Source of the DNA: Octopus sinensis
Taxonomy: Eukaryota
Assembly: GCF_006345805.1 (NCBI RefSeq)
Contig: NC_043006.1
Span: forward strand, 49,848,001-49,912,000
Length of the DNA: 64,000 nucleotides
Direction of reading: 5' to 3'
In this document: positions 13,355 through 24,136 of the stretch, piece after piece
Layout: every line of letters starts with the position of its first letter
How positions within the stretch are numbered: the first letter of the stretch is position 1
Translations under genes and position numbers: made by a program
The notes under the pieces: model-generated
The model's input: the letters and a program-made list of their open reading frames with translations, nothing else
Told to the model about the DNA's origin: nothing
Database searches by the model: none

Positions 13355-14636
13355 CGAGGGGTGTTCAATAAGTAATACCCCTGACCTACTTCCCATAGCA
13401 GTAGAGCAACGAAACTTGGCACAGTTATTAGTCTTTTTCTACCTAGGAACCACCCAGAGTAATGCATTTCTCTCATCGTGTGATGCAGCTCTGGAGACCG
13501 TTTTTGTAGAAGACCCCAGCTTGGTCCTCCAACCACGACGTGACTTCAGAAATCAAGGCTGCATCATTTGGAAAACACTTTCCTTTCAAAAACAACTTCA
13601 TGACTGGGAAGAGGTGAAAATCTGAGGGTGCAAGGTCAGGAGAGTAGGGGCATGGGGGAGGAATTCATAGCCGCACGCCTGTGCTTCTGATCTGGCGACA
13701 GCGAGTTGTGGACCGGAGCGTTGTCCTGCAGGAGGAGGATGCCTTTGCTGACCTTGTCCCGCCTCTTGATTTTGATAGCTTCTCTTAATTTCCTCAAAAG
13801 TGAAGCATAATAGGCTCCTATAATTGTGGTACCCTTTGCCAGGAAATCTGTCATCACTACTCCGTCCTGGTCCCAGAAGACTGTGAGCATGACCTTGCCA
13901 ACGGAGCGCTGCACCCTTGCCTTCTTTGGAGGAGGTGAGTCACGGTGCTTCCACAGCATTGACTTGGCTTTGGTCTCTGGATCATAGTGATGGACCCAGG
14001 TTTCATCCTGTGTAATCAGTCTTTCGAAAAAAATTGACTCATCTTCTTGGCATATCTCCAAATTCATCCTCGAGCACTCGACGCATTCTTGCTTCTGGAA
14101 AGATGTAAGCAGCCTGGGAATCCATCTGACAGACACCTTTTGCATATGCAAATTGTCATGAATGATAGTTTCCACAGACCCGGTACTAATCTTGACCTCA
14201 TGGGCTATTTGGCGAATAGTTATGCGTCGATCTTCCAAAATGGCAGCCTCAACTTCACGGACAGATGCCTCATCAATGGAAGAAGGGGGGCAACGAGATC
14301 TGGGAGCTGTTTCCACAGAGTTCCGACCATGTTTAAATTCACGATGCCAGCGTTTTACAAGGTCATATGATGGGGCATCATCACCATAAGTTACTTTCAT
14401 TTCATCAAAAGTCTCCCGTGGTGTGAGTCCTTTCAAATATAAAAACCGGATCACTGCTCGACACTCAACAGGCTCCATTTCACACTTGACTCAGTTCAAA
14501 CACCGGTAAATCCGAAACCACAATGAGTTCAGAGCTGTAATTTTCCCCTTAATCTATAGAGATATAAGCAATTGCACATTCAGCTAGATCAAACAATTGC
14601 AAGTAGGTCAGAGGCATTACTTATTGAACGTCCCTC

Positions 14637-14637
<1 letters not shown>
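13355..14637 (-). mobile_element. full-length (~1.28 kb) mariner, irritans-like, with frameshifted transposase
   Basis: TIRs cgaggggtgttcaataagtaat / attacttattgaacgtccctcg, flanked by TA within (TA)n. ORF 13636..14478 carries WIPRLLT, DETWVHHYDPETK and LLQDNAPVH; the YSPDL motif continues in another frame. Confidence 0.95.
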
Positions 14638-14679
<42 letters not shown>

Positions 14680-15228
14680 CATACATATATACATTAATAC
14701 GCACGTACATACATAATATTCTATTATTTATAGAACAGTTGCAACAATATGAATATAAAGAATATTCTAGTCCTTGTTATTCAATGTTCAGTTTTTAGCT
14801 TAGCAATTATATCTATGATTTATGCGTTATTTTGTTAAAACAAAATCACATATAAGAATGGTGAAATTAAGTGATATATTCCCACACAGAACATTAAATA
14901 ATTTCAGTTGTCTTTCTTGATTACTGAAAGTGAAAATAATATCAGAAGTTAACGTAAAATGTATAAATGTATAAAACAAATTAAAAAGAAAAAAACTGCA
15001 TTCGAATGAGTCGCAATATATTCCTTTTATTTTACTTTTGCCATAGACGAATCAATCTTTGTCATAAACGGCATTATATTTTAAAATTCCATTTAAAGTT
15101 TTAAATATAATTTGCATATAGTTTCATTTTATTAAATTTGCCATTGATACGTTATGCACGCACTCAGACATATGTTCTATGCATTTATCTGTGTATGTGT
15201 CTATGTTTTTACGTGTACACAGACGCAT

Positions 15229-15261
<33 letters not shown>

Positions 15262-15524
15262 AATATATATATGCGTACACTCCTGGACCACAGCGACTCA
15301 GTGACAGCAAATATTTCAATTTCCAGCTGTTTTAAAATTTCGTATTATTTCAATTCTTTTTAAAGAAAAATTAAATAAAATTTTTCAGTACAATAAATAT
15401 ATTATATTTTCTTCAAAATTGATTCCTGCAAAAGCTGACGCGAGTGTCTCTACGTGGTCGCTCAAAATGCCAGAAATAGCAGCTAAATCTACCTAATGTG
15501 ACATCATCTCACTGCCTCAAAGTA

Positions 15525-16088
15525 TTGGGTTGTCCGGAAAGTTCGTGCCGGTTTTTAAAAGAAAGAAAATGGTCAATAAATACTTGCCAATACACTTTTA
15601 ATCAACCAAATATGATCCATTTTGTTGCACAATGTGCCTCCATTTTTTTAAACTTAAAAATACCCTCCTCCCAGAATTGAGATTGTTTCATGGCAAAGAA
15701 TTCATCAAGGTATCTTTTTACGTCATCCAAGCAATTGAAAGCTTTACCATTAAGACTATTCTGCAGAGACCTGAATAAGTGGACATGCGAAGGAGCAATA
15801 TCTGGTGAATATGGAGGGTGGACCAACACATCCCAGCCGAGCTGCAGCAATTTTTGTCTGGTTCCCAAAGCATCAAGTGCCGAAAATGAACATTCTTATC
15901 TTCCATTTTAAATGGTTACAGAATTAACACAGGTTATAGGAACATAAACCTTCTTCCATGAAAAGATAGCTTAAAGTATGTTCTAAATGGAGGTGTAGTC
16001 AAATCCTATTTTATGGACTCAATCATTTTCTAGAATAAGTCGAAAGGTAAGCTACTATAAATCGGCATGAACTTTCCGGACAACCCAA
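15525..16088 (-). mobile_element. internally deleted mariner (564 bp) with both TIRs and TA target duplication
   Basis: TA|ttgggttgtccggaaagttc...gaactttccggacaacccaa|TA. The transposase start MEDKNVHFRHLMLWE is joined directly to the C-terminal LLQLGWDVLVHPPYSPDIAPS. Confidence 0.93.
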
Positions 16089-16224
16089 TAAAAGAAGTAC
16101 CTCATCGTTGAATAATGTAGTTGTAGATGCACAATTGCTGATAATACGACTTCGTGGCTGGGCTGAAAAACCTGTTTGAACAGCGATAATATGGACTAAA
16201 ACATTATTTTAATCCAAAGTTAAG

Positions 16225-16410
16225 GCAGTGCGCTGGCAGAATCGTTAGCACGCCGGGCAAAGAGCTTCGCAGCATCTTCCCTTCTGAGATCAAACCCCGC
16301 TGAGGTAGACTTTGCCTTTTATCCTTTTAGGGTGGATAAAATGAATACTGGGCTCGATGTAATCGACTTTCACCCTGCCCCGAAATTAATGGCCGTGTAT
16401 CAAAATTTGA
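16225..16410 (+). mobile_element. SINE family 2
   Basis: ggcagtgcgctggcagaatcgttagcacgccgggc...ctttgccttttatccttt. Confidence 0.8.
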
Positions 16411-17058
16411 AATTTTTATTTCTGCCAACTGGTTTTCTTATTTAGTTGACTTAATCAAATATCGTTGAAAATGACTGAAACTGTACCAGAAAGTTTAAAC
16501 TTCCAGAGACCTTCAGCAAATTATAAAGCTGCCTTGGAAAGATTTAACAGCGCTAAATTTTAACGGATCTATAAAAGAAGTTTTAATAATCTTTTTTTCT
16601 TAATGAAAAACCTTGTTTAAACCAAATTAACTTACAATCACCTGTTAGGCAATTACCCCATACCTATAGGGTCACCTTACTATAACAAGTACATGTATTC
16701 TTCAATTCAATCTCTGGTTTCATCCACCGAACTGTGGCCATGCTGGGGCCTTAATTGTTTTTCTGTCTTTTTCTTTTTTTAAGTTTTTTCGTCATCATAC
16801 CGAACCCTGTACTTTTATGTCAGCCTGGAAACTATGCTATTGATCAATATTTCATTGGATTGCTAAGCTGCTTTTTAATTGCAAAACAATTGCTTTAATT
16901 ACTTTTAATGTTGGGTTGTCGACCATAATTAAAACCTACAAGTGTGTGTGTGTGTATACATCTATATATAAATATATATATACATACATACATACATACA
17001 TACATACGTACGTACGTATATGTTTATAAACATATTTGTATGTGTGTGTACACACACC

Positions 17059-17119
<61 letters not shown>

Positions 17120-17223
17120 CATATATACATATATACATATATACATATATACATATATATATATACATATATACATGCATACTTACACACTCACATACAC
17201 ACACACACACACATTTATATATA

Positions 17224-18034
17224 TGGACTGATCAATAAGTATGCGGATAGTTGCCATAGTAACGAAGCTAAAGCACGCAGCATAAAGCCGCTCACCAAGC
17301 ATTGACCTTGACTCTGTTGTGCATGTGCACTGAGTTTTAACGTTCTAGCTCCCTTCTGCTGTTTACATCAGTGCTTGGAAGGAACGTGTGTAGCGTGTGA
17401 TCGTCGCATTCACCATGACAGAGTAATTTGAGCATAGAATCTGCATCAAATTTTGAAAAAAGCTTGATGGTACCTGCTCAGTAGCCTACGCAAAGTTGCT
17501 GAAAGTGTATGGAGACGAGTATATGAACCAAACAAATGTTGATGGTGTCTAACGGTCTGGGAGACTCGAAACCAGCAGAACTGAGAAAAACATCGCCGAT
17601 GCGCGTGCAACTGTGAGGGTAAATCGTCGAATCACTATCCGTGAGTTATCAGAGGATGTGCAGATTAGTTACGGTTCAGGTCAGCCCATTATCACTGAAG
17701 ATTTGGGTATGAGACGCGTGTCTACCAAGTTTGTGCCAAAACTGCTTTCAGCGGACAACGCACCTGCCCATTCTGCGCAGCCTGTGCAGCAATTTTTGGC
17801 TAGGCACAGCATTCCCCCAATCTGACAGCCACCCAGATCTTGCTTCTTGCGACTTTTTCTCCTTTCCAAAAATCAAATCCCGCTTGAAAGATTTCAACGT
17901 CCTGAAAAGCAGATTTCAGGACGTTGAGGAAATCGACGTGAATGCGACGAGGCAGCTGCTGATTATCCCAGAAAACGAGTTCCAGGAATGCTTCCGTCAA
18001 AGGAAACATCGCTGGATTAAGTGTGTGGCTTCTG
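17224..18034 (+). mobile_element. internally deleted mariner-type element, 3' end replaced by a LINE
   Basis: TIR tggactgatcaataagtat; RVNRRITIRELSEDVQIS..KFVPKLLSADNAPAHS..DLASCDFFSFPKIK..WIKCV. Confidence 0.85.
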
Positions 18035-19735
18035 ATATTGCCAATCTGGATTGTATCAGTGATGTTAATCCTCAACTCACTATACTGGACATAACGTTTG
18101 GCAGCCCTGATATCTTAGCGGCAATAAACGAAATCAAATACAATTCAGCATTAGGTCCTGATAGGTTCCCTGCTTGTATCCTGAAGGTATGCCGACACCA
18201 ACTTGAATCTCCTCTTGCTTATCTGTAGAGGGACTCACTGGATGCTGGTTATATTCCTGAGAACTTCCTGTCCTAGTCTGTTGTCCTAGTTTTCAAAAAA
18301 GGAGACAAGTCCCTTGCAGTGTACTACCGGCCAATCTCGCTCACCTCTCATATCAAGTTATTTAAGAGGGTGGTGAGATCACGTATAACCCACTTCCTTG
18401 AAAGTAACAGACTGCTGAACCCCAACCAACATGGGTTCCGTAATGGAAGGAACTGTCTAACGCAGCTCCTGAATCACCTTGATGACATTTTGAGAGCTTT
18501 GGGAGAGGGCTCGAATACTGATATCTACTACCATGATTTCAGCAAGGCCTTTGATAGGGTGGATCATAAAATCCTCTTAAAAAAACTATCCAACATTGGT
18601 GTCTCTGGAAAGTTACTACAATGGATCAAGTGGTTCCTGTCTCGTTGTAATCGAAGGAATGAAATCAAGCCCAACCAAAGTCAGAAGTGGTGTTCTATAA
18701 GGCACTGTGTTGGGCCCACTTCTTTTCATCATCTATATCAATGACATTACTAACATCATCAAGTACAGTAACATAAGAATCTTTGCAGATGATTCCAAGA
18801 TCCAGAAAAACATCAATGAAGTGGGTGACCGGGCATGCCTTCAGTCAGATCTACTGGCTGTCATCCCATGGGCGGAAAAGAGTAATATGTTGCTGATCGA
18901 GGACAAATTTGAGTAAATCCATTTCGGAAAAGCGGATACCCTGAAACTCCCATATTCCCTTCCTTCAAGTGGAACTCTCATGGCACCCAATAACACCAGA
19001 GACTTGGGAGTAATTGTGGACAATAACATAAGTCGGACCGGTCATATAAACAGCAAAGTTGACATGGCCCGCAGAATGTGTTCCTGGATTCTCAGAATTT
19101 TCCAGTCGAGAGATATCCACACCATTACCTTCTCTTCTCTACTTTGCCCGACCCCACTTTGAATACTGTTGTCCACTATGGTCTTCCTACATGAAACAAA
19201 GTCTCATGAAAACTGAAGTACCTCAAAGGTCCATTACAAAAAAGATACATGGCATGAGAGGCCTTGAATATTGGGATCAACTAGAAAAGCTAAAACTCTA
19301 TTCTCTCCAACGCCGCCGTGAGCACTACATCATCTGCATGATGTGAAAAATATTCCATCAGAATTGCCCAAATGAAGTTGGCATCGCCTTTAAGATATAC
19401 CCAAGACTTGCACCCCGTGCTATCCGCCCATAACAGAAATCATACTTGTATTACACGACAACAATACAGCACAATTATTTCACCTCAATTAGCCCTGCTC
19501 TCATTACCATTACCCAAAACACATTAAAGCAGGAACAGATCCCATAAAATTCAAGAAGACTTCGGACAAATTCCTTCAAAGCATCCCGTATAAACCTCCA
19601 ATACTCGGATATGTCTCCGTAAACAATAACTCTCTCCACGAGTTGGCGATGTTGTCCGATTCCTGATTTATATTGCCAGGTGGTGCTACTAAGTTAGACA
19701 TGGCCTGGGCCAGTACTGGCCGAAACCTATCAAAG
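18035..19735 (+). mobile_element. CR1-group LINE (RT and 3' end), 5'-truncated and decayed
   Basis: GPDRFPACILK, YRPISLTSH, NQHGFR, DFSKAFDRVDH, LGPLLFIIYIND, FADDSKI, LYSLQRRR. Ends in a (TATG)n tail. The exact clade is not resolved. Confidence 0.9.
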
Positions 19736-19837
19736 TATGTATGTATGTATGTATGTATGTATGTATGTATGTATATACATTCATACACACATATATATAT
19801 AGGTATATATATGTATGTATGTATATGAATATATATA

Positions 19838-19875
<38 letters not shown>

Positions 19876-19920
19876 ATCTATGTATATGAATATATATATA
19901 TATGTATGTATATGAATATG

Positions 19921-19953
<33 letters not shown>

Positions 19954-20429
19954 ATGTGTGTGTGTGTGTGTGTGTGTGAATGAAAAATGTAAAATGTATA
20001 GTAAATATACAAACGAAAAGTAAGAAACGTATAACGTACATGGAGTGCAGAAACAGACGGAAGACAGACACAGATGGTCCTTAATTCTTCATCAGTTATC
20101 AACCAAGTGGTATTACTCAGTTTTGCACCATTAATGATAATCAGAGATGCTTCTCATGCTGGCAGTGCCCGCAAAAGTTGCGTAGCAAACAATACATGGA
20201 TAACAAGTGGTACAGAAGTGGACATACGAAAGTGAATAAATGTAATTAAGACGATGGACGAAGGACAAATACGAAATAAATAAGAAACGTGCAGAATACA
20301 ATTTTAGGGCCAAAAGAGCATGAATGGTGGGTAATGCTTAGAGGGCAATTCTAAAGAATTTGAAAAACAACAAAAAGCAATACCAGTGCATCTGCGTACC
20401 AGTGGGACACAAAGAATTTAAGACCTTAG

Positions 20430-20754
20430 TACGTAACTGGTACTTATTTAATCGACTCCGAAAGGATGAAAGGCAAAGTCGACCTCGGCGGAATTTGAAC
20501 TAAGAATGTAGTCACAGACGAAATGCCTATTTTTTATTAGCAAGGGGCTAAACACAGAGAGGACAAACAAGGACGGACAAACGGATTAAGTCGATTATAT
20601 CGACCCCAGTGCGTAACTGGTACTTATTTAATCGACCCCGAAAGGATGAAAGCCAAAGTCGACCTCGGCAGAATTTGAACTCAGAACGTAGCGGCAGACG
20701 AAATACCGCTAAGCATTTCACCCGGCGTGCTAACGATTCTGCCAGCTCGCCGCC
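20430..20754 (-). mobile_element. SINE family 2, head-to-tail dimer
   Basis: Two ~180-bp units cgtaactggtacttatttaatcgac..gacctcggc.gaatttgaac; only one head (ctgccagctcgccgcc). Confidence 0.88.
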
Positions 20755-21476
20755 TTATCTGTGTTTAATAATAGCTGAAATTAAATTTGGTTGGTTGGTT
20801 GGTTGGTGATTGATTTTTTCCAGTCGCGCTTTATATGGTATATATACAGAGAGTGAAGGAGAGTGAGAGTTGACGTAAGACGTGCGCAGAATGAGTGATC
20901 AGCAGGCAGTAAGTGAACGAACGTGCGACACACACCCGCACATTGTAAGAGAATAAGAATCATAAAGATAGAAGGGGGAGGACGAAGAGGACAAGGAGGA
21001 GAGGAGAAGGAAGAGGGCGAAAGGGGGAATGTACATATACGTGTGTGGGAGAAAGACAGAGGGAGGTTGGGTGAACTTCCATGGTATAAAATCAACACAG
21101 AGAATAATTATATTTTCAATATCTTTTCCTTTTTTGAAAACTGTTCATTTTATTTTATCTTAAGGTACTAAGTATTTCACTTTTGAAAATCAGTATTCAT
21201 TTTTACATTTTATATAAGCACTAAGAAATTTGATAAACATTGAATTATGATTATTGTATGTATGCCATATATTCTCATATAACCCATTGTGGCAAAAGGA
21301 TACTCCCAAAGTTATCCGTCATGTGATGGATAACACTCTTGTATATATAATAAACACGAGTGTTCATTCTCATTCTCAATTTTTGCAAAGTACCTGCTCT
21401 ATTCCAACTAGGTTTATATTTTATGCCTCCTATTCAGAGGGAAATATTAAAAAACAAAATCATGAAAATTTGTTGC

Positions 21477-21858
21477 CGGCTGTGTGGTAAGTAGATTGCT
21501 TACCAGCCACATGATACCGGGTTCAGTCCCACTGTATGACAACTTGAACAAGTGTCTTCTACTATAGCCTCGGGCCGACCAAAGCCTTGTGAGTGGATTT
21601 GATAGACGGAAACTGAAAGAAGCCCGTTGTATATATGTATATATGTGTGTGTGTATTCGAATGTCTGTGTCTGTCCCTCCCCCAACATCGCTTGACAATG
21701 GATGTTGGTATGTTTACGTCCCCGTAACTTAGCGGTTCGGCAAAAAGACCCATAGAATAAGTACTAGGCTTACAAAGAATAAGTCCTGGGGTCGATTTGC
21801 TCGACTAAAGGCAGTGCTCCAGCATGGCCGCAGTCAAATGACTGAAACAAGTAAGAGA
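21477..21858 (+). mobile_element. SINE family 1, near full length
   Basis: ggctgtgtggtaagtag...cagcatggccgcagtcaaatgactgaaacaagtaa. Confidence 0.9.
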
Positions 21859-22080
21859 GTAACGGTATTTAGGATCAATTATTTAACTCTCGCTCTCACT
21901 AACTCACTCTCTCGCTCTCTCCCTCTCTTCCTGTCATACAAAGATACATGATATATGTGTGGGTATGCATACACACAAGCATATAAATTGATTATAGAGA
22001 GATATCTATGTGTGTGTGTGTAGATACATGCATAAATGTATATATGTATATGCGTATACACATGAATATATATATAATCG

Positions 22081-22515
22081 CGGTCGTGACTGTGTGATAA
22101 GAAGCTTGCTAGGCGCGGTAATGGCTATGTGGTAAGAAACTTACTTCCTAACCACATGGTTCCGGGTTCAGTCCCACTGCTTGGCACCTTGAGCAAGTGT
22201 CTTCTATTATAGCCTCGGGTCGAACAAAGCCTTGTGAGTGGATTTGGAAGCTGAAAGAAGCCTGTCGTATATGTATATATGTATATATTTATGTGTATGC
22301 GTTTGTGTGTGTGTTTGTTCCTCCGCCATCGGTTGACGACTGATGCTGATGTGTTTATGTCCTCATAACTTAGCGGTTTGGCAAGAGAGACCGATAGAAT
22401 ATTACTAGGCTGACAAACAATAAGCCCTGGGGGTCGAGTTCTTCGACTAAAACCCCATTAAGACGGTCATCCAGAATGGCCACAGTCAAATGACTGAAAC
22501 AAGTAAAAGAATGAA
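22081..22515 (+). mobile_element. SINE family 1 with duplicated head
   Basis: Two successive head segments (22081 and 22110), then the complete body. Confidence 0.88.
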
Positions 22516-22655
22516 AGAAGTAAAGTTAATATTTAACATTATAGTCGATTTCGATATAATCATATTTAATAATAGAGTTTATTATAAGTAAATTTTTATT
22601 TAGATTATATAGATTATTTATATCTTAAAAATATTGATTATATTTTAGGTTTTGA

Positions 22656-22709
22656 AACCACCTGAAGAATGTCTCATAGAAGTGCTGACACGAAACGATC
22701 GTAGTGGTT
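22656..22709 (+). ncRNA. minimal type-I hammerhead motif (family H2) in AT-rich pLTR-like sequence
   Basis: aaccac CUGAAGA a tgtc..gaca c GAAAC gatc GUA gtggtt. Six-bp stem I, tgtc/gaca stem II and palindromic stem III (ACGAUCGU). Confidence 0.75.
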
Positions 22710-23002
22710 ATTTTAATTAAATTTAATTTATATAAATTATTTTATGTATTGGCTTAAGTCTTTCTTTGTTTGATTTGCATAATAGTGGTTTTGTCTCTAA
22801 TTTAATATAATATAATATATATATATATATAAAAGAAAGTTTGAAAATGCAATTTTAAAGATGTTTATTCACTTGACCGGTTTTTACGTACGCTTAAAAT
22901 ATTTTAGTCCAATATATGCAAACCTCATTAAAAAGTATGAATATTTATATTAAAGCAGATATTAGTACATGAAACATACCTATTATATACATATAAATAT
23001 AT

Positions 23003-23890
23003 GTGGACTGATCAATAAGTATCCGGACTGTTGCAATAGAAACGAAGCTAAGGCAAGTAGGATGAAGCTGCTTGGCACTAATTGACCTTAATCTCTGCTG
23101 TACATGCGTACTTAGTTTTAACATTTTCTAGCTCACTTCTACTGTGTACAGCAGTGTTTGAAATGAAGGTGTGTAGTGTGTGATCGCTGTATTGACCATG
23201 GCAGAGAAAGTTGAGCAGAGAATCTACATCAAATTTTGGCAAAAGCTTGGTGATATGGTAATACCTGCTCAGAGGCCTACGTAAAGTTTTCAATAGGTTT
23301 TCATAGTTCTCGACACAATCCAGGAGATATTGTGCAACTGAAACCCAAGTGTCTTTTTGGTCAGCTGAAAGCAGTTTGGGCACAAACTTTGCAGACACGC
23401 GTAAATCTTCAGTGATAACGGACTGAACTGAACCGTAACTAATCTGCACATCCTCAGATAATTCACGAATGGTGATTCGCCAATTTACCCTCACAGCTGC
23501 ACGCGCATCTGCGATGTTTTTCTCAGTTCTGCTTGTTGCTGGTCTCCCAAAACGTTTGTCAATATCGACAATTTTTCGGTCATCTTCGAAACGTCTGTTC
23601 ACTTATGTGCAGCTCATACACTCCTCTCCATGCACTTTCTGCAACTTTGCGTAGGCCTCTGAGTAGGTATCACCATGATAACTTTCTCTGTCATGGTTAA
23701 TGTGACGATCACACGTTACACACCTTCCTTCCAAGCACTGCTGTAGACAGCGGAAGTGAGCTAGAACGTTAAAACTTAGTGCTTATGCACAGCAGAGTTC
23801 AAGGTCAATGTTTGCTGAGCGCCTTTACTCTACGTGCTTTAGCTTCCTTACTATAGCAACAATTTAGGTACTTATTCATCAAACCTTGTA
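23003..23890. mobile_element. mariner fold-back composed of two inverted 5' ends
   Basis: Plus-strand 5' end 23003-~23287 joined to minus-strand 5' end 23890-~23281 (ORF 23078..23602: RITIRELSEDVQISYG..KFVPKLLS). Same family as 17224. Confidence 0.85.
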
Positions 23891-23934
23891 TATGTATATG
23901 TGTTGTGTGTGTGTACATACACATATACTCACAA

Positions 23935-24136
23935 CTTTTGTACTCTAAGCACAAGGCCCACAATTTTGGGGAAGTGGCCAGTCCGTTTGTACGCTACTGG
24001 TACTTAATTTATCGACTCCGAAAAAATGAAAGGCAAAGTCGACCTCAGCGGAATTTGAACTCAGAACGTAAAGACAGACGAAATACCGCTAAGCATTTCG
24101 CCTGGTGTGCTAACGTTTCTGCCAGCTCGCCGCCTT
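23935..24136 (-). mobile_element. SINE family 2
   Basis: gaaaggcaaagtcgacctcagcggaatttgaactcagaacg...gccagctcgccgcc. Confidence 0.88.

Noticed and set aside
19695-19735. ggcc..ggccgaaacc resembling the 3' half of a hammerhead
   Set aside because: There is no upstream CUGANGA and no stem I or NUH. It is the 3' UTR of the CR1-group LINE.
20820-21100. Purine-rich stretch with a tgacgtaa word, possibly a promoter
   Set aside because: There is no associated exon or other evidence, and such words are expected by chance.
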